Shown here piece after piece: positions 54,118-63,864 of a stretch of 64,000 nucleotides of DNA. A program made the translations under genes and the position numbers. The notes beneath the pieces were generated by a model, which saw only the letters and a list, made by a program, of their open reading frames with translations, was not told the DNA's origin and searched no databases. The DNA comes from Escherichia phage APECc02, in the sequence record NC_041869.1; one strand, 5' to 3'. Each line of letters begins with the position of its first letter. The first letter of the stretch is position 1.

Positions 54118-55161
54118 ATGACTAAACCAGTTATCCCTCTTGATATTTGGGCCAATCAGGATGTTGTGCTTGAAAATACGGGAGAGTTGAATAAGTCTCA
54201 ACCAAAAAAAGAAGAGAGATTGAAAGGTTGGGATATGGCACAAAGAGTGGCATGTGAAGTTGTTAACTTTGAACTTCACATGCTTTCTGCGTGGTTAAAG
54301 CATCTAACAGAAGATGTTGTCCCAGGATGGGATAATAGATTCTTAAGGGTCACTAATAATCTAGCAGACGTTCCAGACAAAGCTGCTGCACGTCAAGTTC
54401 TCAATGTATACTCGCCTGAAGAAATGGACGATTTGTATGTTGACAAGTCTGGAGACATAATGACTCAGACTCAAACTTTAGGTCTTCAAAGAATCGAGTT
54501 TGCATCTGCGTCAACAGACAATGCGGCAATATATACCACCATAACTCCAGACAAGACGACGATGGATTTCTGGATTATGGACAACATCGGTGGTGCTGAC
54601 GGCACAGACCTTGATGATCCTTCTCACCAAATAGACGGGTTCCGTTGGAGATTTCAACCTTCTGGTGGGCAGCCTGTGTTTTCGGCTATGAAGCTCAATG
54701 CTATAACTGCCAACCGTGCAAGACTGGCCATCCAAGGAAATCTTGAATGCAACGATGCAAAAAGTTCCTCTGCAAATGCCAATGCGGTCACGATACCAAG
54801 AGCCACTGTTAACGGACAACAATCCTGCGGAAGCGCTCAAATAGGTGGAAGAGTTGATTGTAACGATGAAACAGTCAGGGGTCAATATGCAACAGTTGGT
54901 GGAAGAAACGTGGTCCGCAGGGTAAATGGTAACGGCGCAGACAGTAGTGGTAACCTTACTATCCCTATGCCCAGCAGAGGGGTTGATGATGTAAGGATAG
55001 CAAACCGTTTCAAAACCACCTACAGAGAGTCAAGAGTCTACCCTGGACATGTGATGTGCTCTGGTAACTACGCTTATAAACACCCTTATCAAGGTGATTA
55101 CTGGACAGGTGCTATCCAAAAACTTGTAAATGGTCAATGGATCACTATATCTTATGCTTAA
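54118..55161 (+). CDS. tail fibre protein (paralogue 2)
   Basis: 347 aa; N-terminus and C-terminus (YWTGAIQKLVNGQWITISYA) parallel 52063-53103, central region diverged. Confidence 0.7.
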   Translation: MTKPVIPLDIWANQDVVLENTGELNKSQPKKEERLKGWDMAQRVACEVVNFELHMLSAWLKHLTEDVVPGWDNRFLRVTNNLADVPDKAAARQVLNVYSPEEMDDLYVDKSGDIMTQTQTLGLQRIEFASASTDNAAIYTTITPDKTTMDFWIMDNIGGADGTDLDDPSHQIDGFRWRFQPSGGQPVFSAMKLNAITANRARLAIQGNLECNDAKSSSANANAVTIPRATVNGQQSCGSAQIGGRVDCNDETVRGQYATVGGRNVVRRVNGNGADSSGNLTIPMPSRGVDDVRIANRFKTTYRESRVYPGHVMCSGNYAYKHPYQGDYWTGAIQKLVNGQWITISYA

Positions 55162-55172
55162 AAAGAGGGTAA

Positions 55173-55439
55173 ATGAAACTAACTCAGTTTTTATGGGGAC
55201 TGGTTGCGGCATCTGATGACCCTACGAAAGTGTCCCAAACTAAGCTATGGTCGAACATAGGCATGGCGGTGATGACTGGGGTGTTTATTCATATGGGGTA
55301 TAATGATACGCTTCCTGAATGGTATGCGTGGATATACGCGCCTTCAGTAGCTTGCCCCCAGCTTATTAGCAAATTCATCTCGCTCCGGTGGGGTTGCCAG
55401 CACCCTGACCACGTTAAAAACGAAGAGCAAAAAGCTTAA
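55173..55439 (+). CDS. small hydrophobic protein
   Basis: 88 aa with two hydrophobic stretches (FLWGLVAA; IGMAVMTGVFIHMG). Confidence 0.4.
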   Translation: MKLTQFLWGLVAASDDPTKVSQTKLWSNIGMAVMTGVFIHMGYNDTLPEWYAWIYAPSVACPQLISKFISLRWGCQHPDHVKNEEQKA

Positions 55440-55448
55440 GGAGAAATC

Positions 55449-57209
55449 ATGGCGCAAGACATGACAAGCTTTGAGCAGGCGGTAGATCAAGTAATTGTTG
55501 ATTCTGAACGTTTGCACTTGGTTGTCAACGGTAACGCTGTGGATGAAGTTGTCGTAGAGGATGGGACCACCATCCCTACGGTACGAAAAGCCATGCTTGA
55601 CAACCTTTATTTTAAAACGCCACCGATCCCTTGGGCGTATGGTGCATCCACAACAGTTTTTAACCAGCTGTACGAGTTTAAAGGGGACACAGGCCCTCAG
55701 TGGTGGTACGCTCCCGCAGCATCAAAATCTAACCCGGTTAGAATGCCAGCAGATCCTTCACAATCTCCAAACTGGAGATTATATACCGACTCTGCAGTAA
55801 TGGCAAAATACTACGCAAAACTTAACAGCCCGAGGTTCGAAGGTGACCCACGAGTACCTACACCTCCAATGGACGATAAGTCAGAGTCCATAGCAAACAC
55901 AGAGTTTGTTGTTGACTATGTTGATAGCATATTTAAAGCCATGGAGGGGATGAAAGTTACTGTAGGGTCTTTGGTGGTAAAAGGTCTTACAGAACTCGCT
56001 AACACTATAGTTGGTGGCACCCTTACCTTACATGGACCTGTTAATGGGGCAGATTCTACTGCACGCTTTAGGAATCTAATCCTCACGGCAAATACTTCTA
56101 CACTTACTTTTGCGTGGAGCGATCCTAAGCATGCAGACTGGAGAAGTACAGAGCTGCAACCTCATGAAGTGTCCACCCACAGGGTTATAGCTGACAGGGT
56201 TATAGCTGACACTATAACTTCTGGGAAACCAGTGGCTAATAATAACGATGTGCATTTTGATGGTCTGGGTAATAACTTTTTTGACTACGTGTACATTCGT
56301 GGTAATGCCATGAAGGCAGCAACCGAACCGACATTGCAGGTCGATGGGACCACCAGGGTTAAGAACCTTGAGGTGACAGGTACCGTTACAGGGATAACAT
56401 ACTCTGTCGATGGCACCATGATCTACCCTAGCTATATTGAAAGCACGGGTGATGCATTGATAAATGGCGATTTGGAGGTTGGCGGGTCTGTAGTTATTCG
56501 AGGTACAGCCTCTATCCAAAATATAGCTCTGAATACTCTAAGAGTCAATGAGCGTGCAACTTTTGAAGGAGAAGGGCTTACAGCCAATAAAGGTACAATT
56601 ACCGAGCTAACCACCACCACTTTAACTGCAACAACTGCAAACTCTGAAAACTGCAACATTACCAGAAACTTGCAGGTAAATGGAGATGTTAGTTTAAACG
56701 CCGCAGGGACTGGCACCACCCACCTTCACAACCTTGAAATATCCGGCACAGTGACCGGGTGGCTGCCAGACTTCTCTAATGTCAACTTTGTCTGTAATGG
56801 CATTAACTCCAGTGGTAAGATAACCACCTCTCAAGAAATTGAGGCGGGTAAAACCATTACTGCCCCTACTTTCCACGCAGGAAAGGTAGATTTTGACTTA
56901 GAGGAGGTTGACGCGTCCAGTGGGACATGGACACCTAACGGGCAGGCCAGCATGTATGTTGTCCACGCGAAAGGGGATTTTACAATAGGACAGTGGCCTG
57001 GGACATCAGCGGAAGATAAACCTTATCCATTCACTGCAGTTATCTATGTCATTCAGGATGCTGTAGGTCACAACGTGACTTTGCACGATAAGTATGCTAT
57101 CCTGTCGGCAACACCTGTTATTAACAACAAGGCTAACAGTGTTACCTTGCTGCAATTAACGTATTGTGGTGTTGGTGATATTGTAGACGTAGTAATTGCA
57201 CAACGTTAA
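55449..57209 (+). CDS. tail fibre / tailspike-like protein
   Basis: 586 aa; N-terminal motif SPRFEGDPRVPTPPMDDKSESIANTEFV, repetitive Thr/Gly/Asn-rich beta-type segments. Confidence 0.55.
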   Translation: MAQDMTSFEQAVDQVIVDSERLHLVVNGNAVDEVVVEDGTTIPTVRKAMLDNLYFKTPPIPWAYGASTTVFNQLYEFKGDTGPQWWYAPAASKSNPVRMPADPSQSPNWRLYTDSAVMAKYYAKLNSPRFEGDPRVPTPPMDDKSESIANTEFVVDYVDSIFKAMEGMKVTVGSLVVKGLTELANTIVGGTLTLHGPVNGADSTARFRNLILTANTSTLTFAWSDPKHADWRSTELQPHEVSTHRVIADRVIADTITSGKPVANNNDVHFDGLGNNFFDYVYIRGNAMKAATEPTLQVDGTTRVKNLEVTGTVTGITYSVDGTMIYPSYIESTGDALINGDLEVGGSVVIRGTASIQNIALNTLRVNERATFEGEGLTANKGTITELTTTTLTATTANSENCNITRNLQVNGDVSLNAAGTGTTHLHNLEISGTVTGWLPDFSNVNFVCNGINSSGKITTSQEIEAGKTITAPTFHAGKVDFDLEEVDASSGTWTPNGQASMYVVHAKGDFTIGQWPGTSAEDKPYPFTAVIYVIQDAVGHNVTLHDKYAILSATPVINNKANSVTLLQLTYCGVGDIVDVVIAQR

Positions 57210-57218
57210 TATATCTAA

Positions 57219-57243
57219 CCGCTCCTGACGGGGCGGTTTTCTT
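57219..57243 (+). terminator. rho-independent terminator
   Basis: ccgctcc-tgac-ggggcgg hairpin plus TTTT. Confidence 0.65.
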
Positions 57244-57257
57244 ATCTGGAGAACACA

Positions 57258-58623
57258 ATGCTTCCAATCCCTTTGCTAAAACTTGGTCGTCATTTCCTCG
57301 ATAAGAGGGGTGGAATTAAGGAACTTGCTGTTCTGTCATACCCAATAGACAACAGTGATGGTACAAGCAACACAGTATCCTATGTAAATAGCTTAGCTAT
57401 ACTTTTTGATGATGGTCAGCTTAATATTACTGGCTATAATAGGTTCGGAGAGTGTCGGACTGGAGATCTTGATACAATAAACTATCCTAATGAGGCAGCT
57501 TGGAACGTAGACCATGTTTGGAGAGCTGACCGTGCATTTGTAATCCGCACATTCGATAATAAATTTTTCTATATTGGTTGCACAGCTGGTCTTATCGGGA
57601 TCGGAGGCAGCAGGTGGAAACGATGTTTGTGTCAGAGAGTGGGCACCTTTGCCGGAACAGATCGTAACAGGGTTGCATTTGGACACCCATCCTGAGAGAC
57701 TTGTTGAAGTAATGGGTGGCGTAAACAATACAGTGTGGGTAATTGCTGCACCAGAGGCTGATGGTATGCTTCACCTGTACGGCTCTGGCAATAATACTTA
57801 CGGCTCTCTTCATGTTGACAAAAGTCAACACGCTACTCCAGTTAAGATCGGTGAAACATCTGAAAGTCCAGAGACAGGTCCTTGGAAAAATCCAAGAATT
57901 AATTGTGAAGTTCATGACAACTCGGTTATTTTTGGTGGTCCTAACGGATTCTGGATTGCAGGTTACGATTTCTTAAGAAATAACAGCAAAAACACACTAG
58001 TTTATCCAGCCGAGCATGTGACTCTTGACCAGTTTAAAGGCATCCCGGTGGGCGAGACATGGAAAGGGTTCATGTGTGGACCTAATGGTGCAATTATAGC
58101 CACAGAAAGGATGCACAAACCTGATGACCAACAGCTTGTTAATGTGTTTTATGGTCAGGATGTTTGGGGTGACGACACGTGGAGAAGCCTTAACATCACC
58201 TATACCCATGAAGTAATTATGGCTCGCGGGTACGGGACTAGTGGAATTTTCTTCAATAATGGTACAAAACAGTACCGTGGTTTCTCCAGAAACCTGTGTA
58301 ACGATATTGGTGCTCAATCTGCTAATAATAGTCCTAGGGCCAATTTTATTCATTACAGAGCGCTGGCAACAGCTAAGTTTGTTGAACAGACAGAGCCAGT
58401 AAGCTGGACAGAAAGCGTTTATTTTCAAGGGATCCACAGGGAAGGTTTCTTAGGCACATTCTGTGTGGTAAATGGAAAGCTTTGGTGGTCAGGAATACCA
58501 CGTGGTAGTTTTTCAGGATCTAATAACCTCTTTAGCGGCAGACTTAACAGCCAAGGGTTGCTAAAGTTTTCTCAGGTATTAAATGGAATCTACCTGTCCA
58601 AAGTATTTCATGGAAGCAAATAG
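57258..58623 (+). pseudogene. RCC1-like repeat protein gene, reading frame disrupted by a +1 change near 57606-57620
   Basis: ATG 57258 with GGAG RBS. Frame 0 carries repeat-like GYNRFGECRTGD and FFYIGCTAGLIGIGG then stops at 57695; frame +1 is open from 57562 and continues the same repeat type (LHLYGSGNNTYGSLHV) to 58623. Confidence 0.45.
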
Positions 58624-58739
58624 GTGATAACAAGCTGCTGGTTACCCCTGCCTGTCAGTTCAACGCAACTCTTAACGTTGATCCTGCTGTTGCGGCAAAC
58701 TCAGCTAAAGCTTCTGACTTCTCTGTGTCTAACACTGCT

Positions 58740-59930
58740 ATGGCAGATGTGAGGAAGATTGACACGCTGAACGCCAGAATTACCTGTAAAAACACTTATG
58801 GCACATTCCAAATCATCAACAACTTCACAGATGCTGATTCTAAGGTAGTGAGGACAGCAAGCCAGACTCTGAGTTTAGGGACTCTGGCCTATGCGGCCCT
58901 GATCACCGAACAGTCGGCAACACTCCAAGGAGGCGGTGTAGGCAAGTCCATTGCAACACCTGTGTGGAAGCCGAATGAGTGGGTTGTGTTTGATTTGACT
59001 GTGGACTTCTCCAGTGATAATAACTGGACATGGGTAAGGAATTGTTTGTCACAGTTGATGGGCGGTCCAAGCTCCGTTAGTGATAGTCACGACTCTACTG
59101 ACCCGAGTGTGTTCCAGGTAGGTAAAACTCACCCAGAGACTGGAGAAACGTTGCCTGACAGGAAGTATGCGTTGGTTTGCATCTCTTACGGGAAGGCAGA
59201 TGTCACCTTCTCAGGGACACACACTTATAACGGAACCTACAATTTCTCAAGGAAGTATAGTCTCAAAGCAGGGAACATTATAGACGAGGTTGGTGCACTG
59301 TATAATCCTGGCAACGGCATAGGGATTGTGGGTGGTCAACTGCAGATGCAGGAACCTTCTATTACCCCTTCCAACGTATCTGGGATTAGAAAGACTTGGG
59401 AAAGTAGCAATACCAACATTGCAACAGTGGATGCTACCACAGGACTGGTAACATTTAAAGCTACTGGGAATGTCACCATAAAGTTTGTAGTTACAGATGA
59501 TGCAGGCCGCAAAACGTCCTCAACATCATTCACTGTCAAACAGATGGCACCTCAGTGGTTTATTTGGGAAGGAAATCCTCTTGACGGGGCCTACCCTAGA
59601 CCTGCAGGAACGTCTAATATGAGGGTCTTTACCGGTCCGGTAATGAACAATCCGACCACAACCACCAACCCTACATTTTTTGGTGCTTACATACCTGAAA
59701 TTATTGGCCTACCAAGGAACCAGATACAACTGCTTTTCGGAGCAGGTGTTGATGGTCTAGCCACTTTTGGGTACAGTGACAACATTGATGCAGCCAGAAG
59801 CTCGGGTTGGATTGGATTTAAGTTTCAGTGGAACCCTGGTGGTAGAACATTAGGTCTTGCAAGCATAGGTGTTATGCTACCTGGTAACCAGCAATACCAT
59901 CTCGAAGCTTATACAAACTTCCCTAGTTAA
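58740..59930 (+). CDS. Ig-like domain-containing protein (possible fibre or decoration protein)
   Basis: ATG at 58740 (GTG at 58725 is an alternative); ATGNVTIKFVVTDDAGRKTSSTSFTV resembles a bacterial Ig-like (BIG2-type) strand pattern; frame is open upstream into the previous gene. Confidence 0.5.
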   Translation: MADVRKIDTLNARITCKNTYGTFQIINNFTDADSKVVRTASQTLSLGTLAYAALITEQSATLQGGGVGKSIATPVWKPNEWVVFDLTVDFSSDNNWTWVRNCLSQLMGGPSSVSDSHDSTDPSVFQVGKTHPETGETLPDRKYALVCISYGKADVTFSGTHTYNGTYNFSRKYSLKAGNIIDEVGALYNPGNGIGIVGGQLQMQEPSITPSNVSGIRKTWESSNTNIATVDATTGLVTFKATGNVTIKFVVTDDAGRKTSSTSFTVKQMAPQWFIWEGNPLDGAYPRPAGTSNMRVFTGPVMNNPTTTTNPTFFGAYIPEIIGLPRNQIQLLFGAGVDGLATFGYSDNIDAARSSGWIGFKFQWNPGGRTLGLASIGVMLPGNQQYHLEAYTNFPS

Positions 59931-59946
59931 CAGGAGGAAAATAAAA

Positions 59947-59972
59947 AGGGGCCAAACGGCCCCTTTCTTTTT
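59947..59972. terminator. bidirectional rho-independent terminator
   Basis: ggggcc-aaac-ggcccc hairpin flanked by an A run upstream and a T run downstream; separates convergent gene blocks. Confidence 0.8.
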
Positions 59973-59976
59973 ATAA

Positions 59977-60177
59977 TTAGTAATATTCCCAACACGACCC
60001 ATCTTCAGACGGCTGGACACGCTTACCTTCATGATCGACATAGGTGTAACCACAGCCTTCACAGATAACAGGTGCCGCATAACCTTCCTTCCACTGCTTC
60101 TCCGTGATCAATCCTTTCAGATCTCCGCAGTCACGACCAAACAACTCTTCAGAACAGTCTTTACAAAAATCAGCCAT
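59977..60177 (-). CDS. small zinc-ribbon-like protein
   Basis: 66 aa with CKDC ... CEGC pairs. Confidence 0.45.
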   Translation of the reverse strand: MADFCKDCSEELFGRDCGDLKGLITEKQWKEGYAAPVICEGCGYTYVDHEGKRVQPSEDGSCWEYY

Positions 60178-60243
60178 CTCTATCAGTCTCCATATTTAAC
60201 CAATCTATATTACATATTGCCGAAGAAACAGTATTTCATTTCA

Positions 60244-60462
60244 TCACAGATCTCCAACAACTTCCCAAATACCCCAGTGAGCATCTATATCCTTGATAAA
60301 GTATCTTTCTCCACGGTTTGTCCACACACCTATCCCAACTTTACCATCTATCCCATTGTATACATCTGCCTCATACTCTTTGCCCGGTGTAAAGTGTACA
60401 CCCATCATAAGGGCTGTTATTCCGTTAGGATTTTTAAATTTAACAAATTTTACTTTGCTCAT
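60244..60462 (-). CDS. hypothetical protein
   Basis: 72-aa ORF; stop adjacent to the next gene. Confidence 0.4.
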   Translation of the reverse strand: MSKVKFVKFKNPNGITALMMGVHFTPGKEYEADVYNGIDGKVGIGVWTNRGERYFIKDIDAHWGIWEVVGDL

Positions 60463-60463
60463 A

Positions 60464-60793
60464 TTACTTAATCCTTGCAGTTACAGTAGCGCTATACCCC
60501 ATGTAGTTATGAGACATAAAGAATGTAAGCCCTTTAAGTTCAGGATTCTTTCTAAGAAATCGTTTCAATTTTCGAATGCAATTAACACCATGATCATAGT
60601 TTGAGAAATTAAATTTAATACCCTGCTCCATCATAGTGCACACTTCTTCATGGGTATGCCATTGTCTATCGTGGTCACAAAACCAGTAACCAATACCTTC
60701 TTTTTCTTGGATATGCAATCCCCAAAATACTTTATGCATTGGATATTTTGGTTTTCTACCATGATAATGTAGTTTAATATTCACATGTGCCAT
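60464..60793 (-). CDS. hypothetical protein
   Basis: 109-aa His/Trp-rich ORF. Confidence 0.4.
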   Translation of the reverse strand: MAHVNIKLHYHGRKPKYPMHKVFWGLHIQEKEGIGYWFCDHDRQWHTHEEVCTMMEQGIKFNFSNYDHGVNCIRKLKRFLRKNPELKGLTFFMSHNYMGYSATVTARIK

Positions 60794-60962
60794 TTTTTGT
60801 TACTCCGTTCTGTATCTGTGATAATGAGAATAGCAAACTGGGGTGTGTGCTGTCAACAACATTTTTTAAGCGTTTTGGGGAAGTTTTTTGAAAGGTGGGT
60901 GTAATCACAAGAGAGGGTGGAGTTATTGAAGGCACAGGCCTCTTTTGAGGCCTTAAAATCGA

Positions 60963-61343
60963 TTATGACACTTTGACGTAGCGCTCTGACAGAGCTGGAA
61001 AGCCAAAAGCAGTACCTACACTGCCGTACGCTATCCACCATTGAAGTTCATCGTGACACCATTTTCCGATCAGAAAGGTGCTTGGGTAGCGGGTCAGTAT
61101 TTTGGCATAAGCTTTAGGGTCTGCATCCTCTGGGATAATGATGCTTGGAACATCTTTGTTATGACCACAGCAGCAGTTTAGAGTTTTCAATCCTGCCGCC
61201 CATAGACTCATGATAGGCTTAGCCATGCACTTATCAAGGCACACACGTTTTTTGCCGTCTCGAAGTTTTTTAGGCACATCGACGATAACATTTGGATGCT
61301 TGGCACCTTTCACTTTCCAATTATAGGATTTACACTTGCACAT
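60963..61343 (-). CDS. hypothetical Cys-rich protein
   Basis: 126 aa with clustered cysteines (MCKCK, NCCCGH). Confidence 0.4.
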   Translation of the reverse strand: MCKCKSYNWKVKGAKHPNVIVDVPKKLRDGKKRVCLDKCMAKPIMSLWAAGLKTLNCCCGHNKDVPSIIIPEDADPKAYAKILTRYPSTFLIGKWCHDELQWWIAYGSVGTAFGFPALSERYVKVS

Positions 61344-61550
61344 TTAATCAGTCTCCGTCTAGAAAGCAATACTTTACTTAAAATCTTTGTCACCTATTAC
61401 GATTGCACGAATCCACTCATTGTGATGTTCAATGGCGGTAAGGTGTAACATAATGCAGTGATTGTCATTACTAAACACGGTGCGGTAAGCTTTGGCAGCA
61501 CCATGATATAACTTCCACATCAGGTAATGATATCTTCGCCTCATGACTCT

Positions 61551-62021
61551 TTACTCCGGTTCAGGGTCTGGGTAATCTTCAATAATAAAGGGCCATCCGT
61601 TCCGCTTAGCCTCAGACTTATACTCAATCTCCTTCATTGCAAACTCTAACTGATTCTTAGCCGGAATACATGCCGGAGAATCATCAATCCAGATATCTGG
61701 GTAGATATCAAACTGCGCCAGATAGGCTGCCTTCTGAACACCACCAGTATAAAACACACCAACATCAAGCTCCTTGCGCCAATACTCAATGTCTACATTG
61801 TCTTGAGTAATGAATCGGAAAGTCACAAGGTAGACTGTCCACCCCTCCTTCTTCAGATCCCTGGTCAGGCGGGAGAAGATGAAAGGGCTCGCATTAAACG
61901 TTCCATCAAAGTCAATGGCAATGATGTGCGTGCCGTGGCGAGTCTCATATGGATTGCTCGTGGTAAGATTGCTGTAATTAAAAGGGACTTCTTCCCCGCA
62001 GTAGCTGTAGTCCATATTCAC
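61551..62021 (-). CDS. hypothetical protein, possible HAD-like phosphatase
   Basis: 156 aa; IIAIDFDGTF resembles HAD motif I (DxDGT). Weak. Confidence 0.35.
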   Translation of the reverse strand: MNMDYSYCGEEVPFNYSNLTTSNPYETRHGTHIIAIDFDGTFNASPFIFSRLTRDLKKEGWTVYLVTFRFITQDNVDIEYWRKELDVGVFYTGGVQKAAYLAQFDIYPDIWIDDSPACIPAKNQLEFAMKEIEYKSEAKRNGWPFIIEDYPDPEPE

Positions 62022-62293
62022 ACCTTCTCGTTGATAAATTTACGGGCGGTTTGGTGAGTTGTTTCTGCTGTCTTCAGAATGATATTAATTTTATTGTCAA
62101 GATCATTCATCTCTGCAGTTAATTCAGGAATCTCTCCGGCATGCATGGTAAAATCATACATAGACATGCCCAGAATCTCATTGATGCGGCGGTTGCATTC
62201 TGCAGCACGCTGGTTCATTTTCCAAGCTAACACCAAAGCCTCCTGCGTAGCCTCTAGTGCAAAATCTAATACGTCGGCCTCTTCTTTCGTCAT
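62018..62293 (-). CDS. hypothetical protein
   Basis: 91-aa helical ORF overlapping its neighbour by 4 nt. Confidence 0.4.
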   Translation of the reverse strand: MTKEEADVLDFALEATQEALVLAWKMNQRAAECNRRINEILGMSMYDFTMHAGEIPELTAEMNDLDNKINIILKTAETTHQTARKFINEKV

Positions 62294-62352
62294 CTCAGTC
62301 TCTCCTGTTGTATTGTTGTTGGTAGGTGCATGAATACCTTATAACTCACCTT

Positions 62353-62919
62353 TTATTCAAACTGTAATAGCAAGTCCACTACCGCGCTAGGTCTGTCAAC
62401 AAATTCCCCAGGTCCACATGCCCACAGAGGGTATCCGTCTACATACCGCCAAATCCAACCTGCGGTGTGGAGTTCGAGCAGGGCAGTGCCGTCCTTACTG
62501 TCAACCACTCTTTCCCACAGTGTTGGGCAGCGAAGCTTGAGAATCGGATCACCCCCCTTATACCCGTCCATGTAGATACCCATTGCAAAGTTCAGCATCA
62601 TCTTTTTGTGCACTGATCTCTTACTGAGGGTGCTCATCACTTCCTCTTTGTGAATGTTTGTAAGCTTCTCTTTGGCTACCCGCAGATCGTTGCAACCATT
62701 GTTCAGCAGATCTTCCAAACACTTAATCCGAAGGTCGTGAATGTCTTTGTCGTGTACCGTTGGCACAGGGTCGTAGCGGTATAGCACTGTTGATACGAGG
62801 TTGCTCGGGTGTGGGTCTGACAGCAACCCATAGCCCCAATACTCTTCTGTATCTGAAAGGACAAGACACCCAATGTCTCTGTCAAGCTTTCCTGTGTTGT
62901 AAGCCACATTGACCGCCAT
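62353..62919 (-). CDS. hypothetical protein
   Basis: 188-aa ORF. Confidence 0.45.
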   Translation of the reverse strand: MAVNVAYNTGKLDRDIGCLVLSDTEEYWGYGLLSDPHPSNLVSTVLYRYDPVPTVHDKDIHDLRIKCLEDLLNNGCNDLRVAKEKLTNIHKEEVMSTLSKRSVHKKMMLNFAMGIYMDGYKGGDPILKLRCPTLWERVVDSKDGTALLELHTAGWIWRYVDGYPLWACGPGEFVDRPSAVVDLLLQFE

Positions 62920-62921
62920 GA

Positions 62922-63167
62922 CTATAGCTCCACTAGCAAAGTGCTTTCAAAGTGACGTTCATGCAGACCGTTGTAAGGGACCACTTCCACAACGCCATCA
63001 CGGACATATGGGGCCATCATGGTGGTATAATCTCCAAACGGGTTGGTATTGTCACTAACCACAACCACCTTCTGCCCTTCCTTGGCAGAGTGCCAAATAG
63101 ATCTGCACTTCATCAGGTGTTCGAGAGCCCCAGGTAAAATTTTGTTACGTTCTTTACGGGTCTTCAT
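62922..63167 (-). CDS. hypothetical protein
   Basis: 81-aa ORF tightly packed with neighbours. Confidence 0.4.
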   Translation of the reverse strand: MKTRKERNKILPGALEHLMKCRSIWHSAKEGQKVVVVSDNTNPFGDYTTMMAPYVRDGVVEVVPYNGLHERHFESTLLVEL

Positions 63168-63613
63168 AACAGGTATAGCTCCTTATGAAAGTGATCTTTT
63201 AATTTCTCACTGAGAAACTTCTTGATACCTTCCTCTAAAGTGTTTTCGATGTAGTCCAGCTTAACTGCTTCGATGGACATATCATAGATCGCCAGCTCTA
63301 AGCTGTCAAGTCCCATCATAGCATGAACCATAAGATTTTCATCTTCAGATACATTCAGGGGACTTCCTATGACATCTGGAGGCAGAATAGTTTCCCAATT
63401 ATTCTGGGTGGTAGTTCTCCCTCCCTCTGCTTTACGGCGCAGTTCGAATGTGTTCTTAGTGTAGAACACTTCATAAGAAACGATACGACTGTCGCTCTCA
63501 TAATAAACGAAGTTCAGGTAGGAGCCTAGCCGCAGTCGGCAAACTTCCACCCCAAACCATTGTTTCTTATAAGAATTTAGGCTAATGCTGTCGCATTCAC
63601 GTTTGCTCAACAC
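63164..63613 (-). CDS. hypothetical protein
   Basis: 149-aa ORF overlapping the previous gene by 4 nt. Confidence 0.45.
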   Translation of the reverse strand: MLSKRECDSISLNSYKKQWFGVEVCRLRLGSYLNFVYYESDSRIVSYEVFYTKNTFELRRKAEGGRTTTQNNWETILPPDVIGSPLNVSEDENLMVHAMMGLDSLELAIYDMSIEAVKLDYIENTLEEGIKKFLSEKLKDHFHKELYLL

Positions 63614-63629
63614 GGCTCTCTCCTTTTTG

Positions 63630-63863
63630 TTAATCTTCGTAAATCAAGATTTCTGCTTTAGGTTTTCGTGCTTTCAGGTCCAGCTCTATCCAGTGCACCA
63701 TAGCTGTTTCAAGAAAAACAGCTTGGATGCATCCGTCCTCAGCGTGCCCTACCAACATAACAAGATCTTCACCTTCGTCATCTGCATCACGAACATAAAG
63801 AATCTCTCCAGATTCAAAGTCTTTCACAACCTGATTGTTGGATAATTTACGAATTTTTGCCAT
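63630..63863 (-). CDS. hypothetical protein
   Basis: 77-aa acidic ORF. Confidence 0.4.
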   Translation of the reverse strand: MAKIRKLSNNQVVKDFESGEILYVRDADDEGEDLVMLVGHAEDGCIQAVFLETAMVHWIELDLKARKPKAEILIYED

Positions 63864-63864
63864 A

